Under the pieces are notes generated by a model. That model worked only from the letters and a program-made list of their open reading frames with translations. It did not search any database and was not told the origin of the DNA. A stretch of 41,455 bases of DNA from a virus (lineage: Duplodnaviria; Caudoviricetes): IMG/VR virus record IMGVR_UViG_3300048858_000134, positions 1 through 41,455 of that record. One strand, 5' to 3'. The position numbers and the translations under genes were made by a program. This document shows positions 35,739 through 41,455 of this stretch, one piece after another (position 1 is the first letter of the stretch; each line of letters opens with the position of its first letter).

Positions 35739-35807
35739 TTCGGCTCGTCTGTCGTCGCCGGCTGCGGCGAGGTTGTCGTCCCATGCGGCGTGTTCTTGGG
35801 GTGTCAT
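35712..35807 (-). CDS. Microprotein (31 aa), not in ORF track
   Basis: ATGA/GTGA coupling; [12 protein letters not shown]... Confidence 0.4.
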   Translation of the reverse strand: MTPQEHAAWDDNLAAAGDDRRAEDRITGGSR

Positions 35808-36643
35808 TTCTTCTCCCGTGTGATCCAAATACCGGCGGCACCCGCGAGGAGGAGCAGGCCGGCGGCGAAACCGAATAGGACGCTGTCTCCGTTACCCGTC
35901 ACGGCGAGCGTGTCTGGGGTGGCCGGCTGAGGTGCCGAAGAGGGTGACCCAGATGCGGTCGAAGGTGCGGGCGTGTTGGGTGTATTCGGATGCGTGTCGT
36001 CCGGGGGTGCGGGCGTACTCGACGGCGGGAACTCCGGCGTACCGATCCCCTGCGAGGGTGTTGGTGAAGGCTGGGGTACCGTCGTCGAAGGTGTCGGCGA
36101 GGGTACGGAGGGCACCGAAGATGGTGTCGGTGTCGACGACGGGTCGGGTGACGGGGAAGCCGTCGGTGGGGTTGAAGTGGGTTCGGGACTCGGAGAGGGC
36201 GGCGTCGGCTCGGGAGATGGCGTCGCTGTTGGGGACGGGGACGGCTCCACGCTCGGAGTAGAGGAAGGTCCCGGGACGGGCGTAGGGGTGGGTGAAGTCG
36301 GAGGGGTCATACATATTGGGGCCTCGTTCTGCTCGCCGTAGTGGTAGTTGAAGGGGTGCACTTGGACCCAGAGGATGCATTCGCCGGGTGCGAGTGGGAT
36401 GGGGTAGAACGACGCACCGATGTACGTGCCGCCGGGTCGCCCGTTGTTCGGGTCGAAGTGGATGGACCCTTGACCGTGGGTGGTGCGCCAGTTGATGTGC
36501 CCGTTCGCCTGAAACGTGCCCTCAGTGAGCTCGACACCTTCGACGGTGACCGTGTAGGGGCGGTCGGTGGCGTTCGCGGTGGTCGCGTGGAACAGGACCA
36601 GGAGGATCAGGGCGGCGGTGATCACACCAAGCGCGCGCCTCAC
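35804..36643 (-). CDS. Sortase-anchored surface protein (signal peptide, Pro/Ser/Thr stalk, LAXTG)
   Basis: MRRALG..ANA signal peptide; long P/S/T tract; LAVTG + TM + REKK. Confidence 0.8.
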   Translation of the reverse strand: MRRALGVITAALILLVLFHATTANATDRPYTVTVEGVELTEGTFQANGHINWRTTHGQGSIHFDPNNGRPGGTYIGASFYPIPLAPGECILWVQVHPFNYHYGEQNEAPICMTPPTSPTPTPVPGPSSTPSVEPSPSPTATPSPEPTPPSPSPEPTSTPPTASPSPDPSSTPTPSSVPSVPSPTPSTTVPQPSPTPSQGIGTPEFPPSSTPAPPDDTHPNTPNTPAPSTASGSPSSAPQPATPDTLAVTGNGDSVLFGFAAGLLLLAGAAGIWITREKK

Positions 36644-37041
36644 GAGAGGTCCTCGGTGAGGTCATCGGCGATCATGCGCAGGACCGAAGCGAGCGTCCGG
36701 TGCTTGTTGGTGTCGCGTCCGCCCCACCAAGTCCCGACATTCCCGGACTCGTCGATGTGGACGCCCATCGTTGGAGCCCCGACCGACGCGCTTGTCGCGA
36801 AGTCGTACGGCTGCGACAGGCGACGGACTTCCGCGACCAGAGCGGGCACATCCGTCCGGGCGTGAGCGATGAATTCAGAATCGTCATCGTCTGCGAGCTT
36901 TCCTATGCGTCCCTCCTCGGCGGTGCCGGGGTCGGCGAGCAAGAGGCACCAGTGACGGTTCTCGCTCACGACCCAGGACCAAGGAGCCGGTCGGGCGGCG
37001 TTCGCGCGCGCTTCGATCGCGTCAAGGTCAAGTGTGGTCAT
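36640..37041 (-). CDS. Phage early protein (Ead/Ea22-like motif)
   Basis: [33 protein letters not shown]. Confidence 0.65.
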   Translation of the reverse strand: MTTLDLDAIEARANAARPAPWSWVVSENRHWCLLLADPGTAEEGRIGKLADDDDSEFIAHARTDVPALVAEVRRLSQPYDFATSASVGAPTMGVHIDESGNVGTWWGGRDTNKHRTLASVLRMIADDLTEDLS

Positions 37042-37148
37042 CGGAGTACTCCTTGTTCGGCCCAACGTCTGATGTCGTCTTCGGTGGGCGCTGGTCGGCC
37101 GGGGATGGTGAGGTCCATTACGAGCTGACGGACACGCTCATCACTCAC
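37038..37148 (-). CDS. Microprotein (36 aa), not in ORF track
   Basis: Fills the gap with overlaps at both ends. Confidence 0.4.
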   Translation of the reverse strand: MSDERVRQLVMDLTIPGRPAPTEDDIRRWAEQGVLR

Positions 37149-37311
37149 TTGCACGCACCGCCTCGAGCGCCCGCTCAATGTCCGCCCAAGCTGTCGTCCA
37201 CCCGTACGGTTCGGGATCGTTCTTTAGGCGATCCCACACGGCTTGTGCTTCGTCGTAATCAGCGGTGAAGGCTCGGAGCAAGGCGGCAATGGCGATTGAT
37301 TGGTTGTTCAT
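37141..37311 (-). CDS. Hypothetical protein
   Basis: AAGGAG RBS, ATGA overlap. Confidence 0.6.
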   Translation of the reverse strand: MNNQSIAIAALLRAFTADYDEAQAVWDRLKNDPEPYGWTTAWADIERALEAVRASE

Positions 37312-37529
37312 TGGAATGCTCCTTCGAGGTCGGCTTGGACTTTCACGCCCCACATGAAGCAGTGCCAGAGGTGGAGGAAGAACCAGGCGACGGGCAGGTA
37401 TGCGGCGGCGTAGAGGCCGGGTGCGGAAAGAAGAACCGCGCCCCCCAAGATGAGAAGCGCGGCGAGTGCGGAGACCAGGAACGGCCACTGCCTAGGACGT
37501 GGAGGAACCCACGTGCCGCGATACGTCAT
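37308..37529 (-). CDS. Small membrane protein (2 TM)
   Basis: Two hydrophobic segments; ATGA overlaps. Confidence 0.65.
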   Translation of the reverse strand: MTYRGTWVPPRPRQWPFLVSALAALLILGGAVLLSAPGLYAAAYLPVAWFFLHLWHCFMWGVKVQADLEGAFQ

Positions 37530-37828
37530 GTTGTGACCTTCCAGACTTGTTGTGACCGTCCCGAACCGCCCGCACGCCGCACACCCTCAACCTTTGTGAG
37601 GAGGCCGGCGGTGGTCGGTTCGGATCGTCGTTTGCGGGGCGAATCCAAATCCGCCAAGGGTGCTGATTCGTGTTGGAAGTACGCGTCCGTCAACTCGTGG
37701 TCGGTCATGTCCCCGTTGAGCCGGAACAACATGAACACGAACGCCTCAATCTCGGCACGATTCGTAAGTGACTCGGCGGCGAGGTCGGAGGTGACCGGGT
37801 CAGACGACCGGGCAAGCGGGGTGCTCAT
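37526..37828 (-). CDS. Putative winged-helix DNA-binding protein
   Basis: ARSSDPVTS..AA, MTDHEL, RKRRSE, GRSQQVW. Confidence 0.6.
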   Translation of the reverse strand: MSTPLARSSDPVTSDLAAESLTNRAEIEAFVFMLFRLNGDMTDHELTDAYFQHESAPLADLDSPRKRRSEPTTAGLLTKVEGVRRAGGSGRSQQVWKVTT

Positions 37829-38178
37829 GCGGACCACCGCGCGAGACGAGTAAAGACTCGGCGGGCGTGCTCAACGTGAGCCACGCTCCACCCCATCTCT
37901 TCCGGGAAGCCGGGCTCGTGGGCGTGAATGATCGAGTTACCGAAGACGAGCCCTGCTGCGTGCGGGAGCAACCCGGTCTCCTGCGTGATGCGGCGAAGCT
38001 CTACCAGGATCGGGTTCGCGTCGTGCGCTCGGGGCTGATCGAACTCGGTGCGAGGGGCGTAGACCATCGGCACGACGGCTCCGTTCCCGAACGACGTACG
38101 CATCCCTGTGCCATCCGAAAGGGTCGCGTGGTACGGCTTCGGGTCCGTGTTGTGGGGCGGGGTGCTGGCGAAAATCAT
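37825..38178 (-). CDS. Hypothetical protein
   Basis: AGGAG RBS, ATGA overlaps. Confidence 0.6.
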   Translation of the reverse strand: MIFASTPPHNTDPKPYHATLSDGTGMRTSFGNGAVVPMVYAPRTEFDQPRAHDANPILVELRRITQETGLLPHAAGLVFGNSIIHAHEPGFPEEMGWSVAHVEHARRVFTRLARWSA

Positions 38179-38324
38179 GACACTCTCCTGAGTACGTCGA
38201 TGGCCTGGTTCTTCACGGACCGTTCCTCAGCGAGGAGACGCGCCATCCGCTTCAGTTCGGACTTGTAAATGCTCAGCTGCCTACGCATCTCAGCGGCTGT
38301 CATCCGGGCGAATTCTTCATCCAT
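38175..38324 (-). CDS. Small coiled-coil protein (49 aa), not in ORF track
   Basis: MDEEFARMTAAEMRRQL...; coupled at both ends. Confidence 0.55.
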   Translation of the reverse strand: MDEEFARMTAAEMRRQLSIYKSELKRMARLLAEERSVKNQAIDVLRRVS

Positions 38325-38515
38325 CAGTTGTCCTCTCTTGGGTCGCCGTCGTCATGTTCCGCACCACACTCCGGGCACGAATACCAACCAGTCACGGTCT
38401 CCGGGTCGTAATGCACATCCACATCCCCCACAAACACGCACACCCTGTCGTCATCCAAAGGGACACCACAATCACGGGGGCGGACACGAGTGGTCGCGAG
38501 TTGTCCGCTACTCAT
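38324..38515 (-). CDS. Small Zn-ribbon protein
   Basis: Cys pattern incl. WYSCPECG. Confidence 0.55.
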   Translation of the reverse strand: MSSGQLATTRVRPRDCGVPLDDDRVCVFVGDVDVHYDPETVTGWYSCPECGAEHDDGDPREDN

Positions 38516-38685
38516 GCGGCACCCCGGAGCAGCGCGATTGCGTCACCATCGACCTCGATGCCGGAGAACAACGACGGCATCGCTCGCTCATAGGACCGCA
38601 GCGTTTCAACAGCGAAATCGGCGAAGTGGATGGTGCTCTCCTTGCGATGCAAGTTGTTCTCGATGTCGAGCTTCTGCATAGCCAT
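38512..38685 (-). CDS. Hypothetical protein (57 aa), not in ORF track
   Basis: GAGAAGGG RBS; ATGA overlap. Confidence 0.55.
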   Translation of the reverse strand: MAMQKLDIENNLHRKESTIHFADFAVETLRSYERAMPSLFSGIEVDGDAIALLRGAA

Positions 38686-38708
38686 ATCCCTTCTCTATGT
38701 TGTGGACG

Positions 38709-38750
38709 TGCCCGCTCACGGCTCGAACGTGAGTGCATGCCAATCCGGGC
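38709..38750 (-). ncRNA. Mini tRNA-like element (acceptor-like stem + T arm)
   Basis: GCCCG...CTCACG-TTCGAGC-CGTGAG-CGGGC-A. Confidence 0.45.
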
Positions 38751-39056
38751 TGTCCTTCACCGCTGGGACCCCGTGGCATTACGCCGCCCCGTCCGCTTAC
38801 GCCGATCCATGAGACAAAAGTTGTGTTGCCTGCTCCCAGCGATCCATCCCCACTCCTGCAAGACGGACGACCAACCCGTGAGGGTTTCTGTGAGTGGCTG
38901 TGATGCGCTCAGTCCTCGTAGCCGGGTCGCTAAACCAGGGCTGTCCCCGTGAAGGGCTGTTACTCCTGAGCTATGTAGTTGAAACCGTCCGCTCGCAAGC
39001 GCGACGATCAGCGCCTAGGTGACCGGCGAAAGTCACGAAGGCTCGAGGGTGTGCTG

Positions 39057-39251
39057 TTACTGCGGAGAGTCAGGCCATGACTGGATCCACCGGTCGACTT
39101 CCTCGACAGGGAATCGGGGGGTCCGTTTCTTCGGGTAGGAGGCAGTCAGTTCGTTCGCGGCCATCGCGTCGTAGATCGAATCGCGGGACAGTTCGACCGC
39201 CTTCGAGAGCGACGCGATCGAGTACGCCTTCTTGGGCATCTCTTCGCTCAT
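39057..39251 (-). CDS. xis: Excisionase / recombination directionality factor
   Basis: YSIASLSKAVELSRDSIYDAM..EL..RFPVEEVDRWI, MerR-like HTH after cro. Confidence 0.75.
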   Translation of the reverse strand: MSEEMPKKAYSIASLSKAVELSRDSIYDAMAANELTASYPKKRTPRFPVEEVDRWIQSWPDSPQ

Positions 39252-39469
39252 GCCACTCCCTCCAAGAAAGAGTCCGCGGAACGACCAAAAAGGCCACCGA
39301 GATCCCAGAGCTGTCGAGCCATGAACGATGTGCGCCCTTCAAGGGCATCGTTCAGCTCGGCAACCGGAATGTCGGTGGCCCTTGAGACGCTTTCGGCAGT
39401 CATGCCGGCGTCCATCATCGCGCTGATCACGTTCTGCGCGATATCAATGTTGATAGTTCTTCTGGACAT
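39248..39469 (-). CDS. cro: Cro-like HTH protein
   Basis: GMTAESVSRATDIPVAELNDALEG; divergent from the repressor. Confidence 0.75.
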   Translation of the reverse strand: MSRRTINIDIAQNVISAMMDAGMTAESVSRATDIPVAELNDALEGRTSFMARQLWDLGGLFGRSADSFLEGVA

Positions 39470-39561
39470 GATGCGACTCTACATATCGCTGGTGATATCT
39501 GCAAGTGGCTGGGCGAAGTTTTCGCATCATTTTTGATATCTAGAGTCGCTACACTGGGGCA
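39441..39561. promoter_or_regulatory. Genetic switch: divergent leaderless promoters with three operators
   Basis: ATATCA-N4-TGATAT-like sites at 39441, 39483, 39524; TTGCAG-17-TAGAGT (cro) and TACACT (repressor). Confidence 0.75.
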
Positions 39562-39927
39562 GTGGATATCAAGGACTACATCAACGAAGCTCTGGCGGCG
39601 GAGATGACCGCTGCATACAACAAGCGGCGTCTCTCGCAGAAGGAATTGTCGAAGCGAACCGACATTCCCATCGCGACCGTCCAAAGGATCCTCACGGGGA
39701 AGTACGACATCCGCGCCGAAGTGATCGTCGCTGTTGCGCAGGCAGTCGGGGAGGACCCGGCCGAGTTGATGCGACGGGCCATGGACTTCGCTCAGGTTCT
39801 GTTGTCAGAGGCAGAGGCTAAGAATGTGACTAGCATCCGCCGCAATGACGACGGAGCAGAGTACGACGAATACGCCGGGGATATCGCCGCCAACCGTGAC
39901 GCGGAGGCTGACACCGACGAACAGTGA
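39562..39927 (+). CDS. Immunity repressor (XRE HTH)
   Basis: LSQKELSKRTDIPIATVQRILTG; divergent from cro, upstream of the ImmA-like gene. Confidence 0.88.
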   Translation: MDIKDYINEALAAEMTAAYNKRRLSQKELSKRTDIPIATVQRILTGKYDIRAEVIVAVAQAVGEDPAELMRRAMDFAQVLLSEAEAKNVTSIRRNDDGAEYDEYAGDIAANRDAEADTDEQ

Positions 39928-39939
39928 GGGGGCGGGCCA

Positions 39940-40308
39940 GTGGGGGGATACGACCCGTACGCGCACGCCGAACAGCTCGGGATAGAAGTCGTCCACGCCA
40001 GCATCAGAACGGCCAACGGACTATGGATTCCCGACCGGAACCTCATTGTTTTGAAGCGGGGCATGAGGGCGGTCCACGACCGCTCCACCCTGGCCCACGA
40101 AATCGCGCACTGCGCACTCGGACACCGCGACGATCGACCGAAGCATGAGGTTCAGGCGGACAGGTACGCCGCGTCACGGCTCATTGACTACGACGAGTGT
40201 CTTGAAGTGATGAAAGGGATGCCCGACTGCCACCGACTGGCGCTCGAGCTCGGTGTCAGCACGCGCCTTATGCGGACGTTTCTGAATCAGCACCGGCTGG
40301 CAGGGTGA
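39940..40308 (+). CDS. ImmA/IrrE-family metallopeptidase (anti-repressor)
   Basis: RSTLAHEIAH, E.QADRYAA.RLI, LALELGV. Confidence 0.88.
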   Translation: MGGYDPYAHAEQLGIEVVHASIRTANGLWIPDRNLIVLKRGMRAVHDRSTLAHEIAHCALGHRDDRPKHEVQADRYAASRLIDYDECLEVMKGMPDCHRLALELGVSTRLMRTFLNQHRLAG

Positions 40309-41455
40309 ACATCGACCCGAAACGGGTCATCGCGTCCTGCAGCCGCCGATCGGTTCCATTGGACTTGTATGACCGGGTCATGGCTCGCGTCGAGTGACCA
40401 ACGATCTGCACCAGCAAGTCTTCCGGGACGCCGGCCGCATAAAGAAGGTCGACGGCGGTGTGCCTGAGCCCGTGAATTCGTACCTTCTTATCTATGCCAG
40501 CGTCTGCAAGCAAACGCTCGAACAGGACGGCGTCCCTACGCTCGCTCACGGGTTTGCCGTCGATCGTGAACACCAACCCCCACGGATTCGGTGCCGAGTA
40601 GGACATGTGCCGCTCGAGGATGGAACGCAACGGTTCGAACATCGGGATCACGCGTCGCCCGGATCGTGTCTTCGGGGGCGTGAGGTAGTAGGAGCCGAGC
40701 AGGTGCTGGTAGTCGTAGTCGGCAGGGACGTTGGGGATGCCGGGCGCTTTCACGTCACGCATGACCTGTAGTTGCTTCGAGAAGTCAAGGACGTCGGTTA
40801 CGCGGTCCTCAGTGAGCCCAAGTACTTCTCCGCGGCGTGCGCCGGTGAGGAGAGCGGTCGCCCACCTCGCCCCGTACGCAGGGTCAAGAGCCGCCACCTG
40901 CAGAAGGCGGATCGCCTCTTCGAGAGTGAGGACTTCCAGGTCACGGACGGCGCGTGGGGGAGTGCGCACGTTCTTCGCCGGATTCATGGGGATCTCACCG
41001 TCGCGTACGGCTTCCTCGAACGCCGACGACATGATCCCGTGCGTCTGCTTCGCCGTGGTGGACGAGAGCCCTCGGGCGTCCATGCTCATCAGCACGCTGC
41101 GCACGTGCGCCGGCGTGACCTTGTCCATGCGCACCTTGCCGATGACCGGAAGAATCTGGGTGCGGGCGGCGGCACGATATGCCTTAACAGTATTGGGGCG
41201 CGAGTGCTTGGCCACGATGTTGTCGAGCCAGTGCGCAAACCACTGCTCAACCGACTTCGATCCCAAACGAACGTCACCGTTCTTCGCGAGCTCCGCTTGG
41301 AACTTACGCATGGCCGCAAGAGCATCCTGCTTTCGCTTGCGGCGAATGACCTTCCGGCGTCGATCCCCATTGAATTTAGGCGGGAGCTCAATGGCAGCGT
41401 TCCAATAGCCGCGGGCGTCCTGATAGACGGAGCCCGTACCTTTCTTGCTTGCCAT
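40268..41455 (-). CDS. int: Tyrosine integrase
   Basis: TGARRGEVLGL, PKT, HGLRH, VGHS..MTRSY catalytic set. Confidence 0.95.
   Translation of the reverse strand: MASKKGTGSVYQDARGYWNAAIELPPKFNGDRRRKVIRRKRKQDALAAMRKFQAELAKNGDVRLGSKSVEQWFAHWLDNIVAKHSRPNTVKAYRAAARTQILPVIGKVRMDKVTPAHVRSVLMSMDARGLSSTTAKQTHGIMSSAFEEAVRDGEIPMNPAKNVRTPPRAVRDLEVLTLEEAIRLLQVAALDPAYGARWATALLTGARRGEVLGLTEDRVTDVLDFSKQLQVMRDVKAPGIPNVPADYDYQHLLGSYYLTPPKTRSGRRVIPMFEPLRSILERHMSYSAPNPWGLVFTIDGKPVSERRDAVLFERLLADAGIDKKVRIHGLRHTAVDLLYAAGVPEDLLVQIVGHSTRAMTRSYKSNGTDRRLQDAMTRFGSMFTLPAGADSETSA

Larger units (their letters stand above)
1..41455. mobile_element. Temperate actinobacteriophage (siphovirus-type) prophage, apparently complete gene set
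   Basis: Integrase, repressor/cro/xis, replication, packaging, head, tail, tape measure and lysis modules in canonical order with terminase mid-window (prophage permutation). Confidence 0.95.

Noticed and set aside
35900-36310. Repetitive G-rich DNA as CRISPR or tandem array
   Set aside because: Explained by Pro/Ser/Thr codons; no fixed repeat-spacer period
39880-39927. ssrA-like degradation tag on the repressor
   Set aside because: AANRD is internal and the C-terminus is acidic (DTDEQ), not the Ala-Ala end
1-41455. attL/attR direct repeats
   Set aside because: Window starts at a stop codon and ends at a start codon; no terminal repeat visible

Overview
The whole window is one apparently intact temperate siphovirus (about 41.5 kb) of a high-GC actinobacterium. 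WhiB, an LAXTG sortase signal and leaderless promoters point to Actinomycetota; Microbacteriaceae is only a guess. It is in prophage order and trimmed at gene boundaries, so no att sites are visible. Most genes are on the minus strand. From the right end: tyrosine integrase, ImmA-like metallopeptidase and XRE repressor, then cro and xis; early genes (RecE-like exonuclease, two DNA methyltransferases, RusA, WhiB, replication initiator, DnaB, SSB); a three-tRNA cluster embedded in about 1 kb of structured non-coding sequence; a metallophosphoesterase; HNH, terminase, portal and capsid genes; tail genes with a -1 frameshifted chaperone; lysis cassette; an SGNH-domain tail protein; and a small accessory left arm. 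Most notable: a virion SGNH esterase facing a leaderless membrane-anchored SGNH esterase (candidate receptor-editing exclusion pair), two further cell-surface proteins, tRNAs that all carry U-U acceptor-stem mismatches, and several structured RNA regions including a mini tRNA-like element. All calls come from motif reading, synteny and by-eye pairing; no database search or folding program was run.
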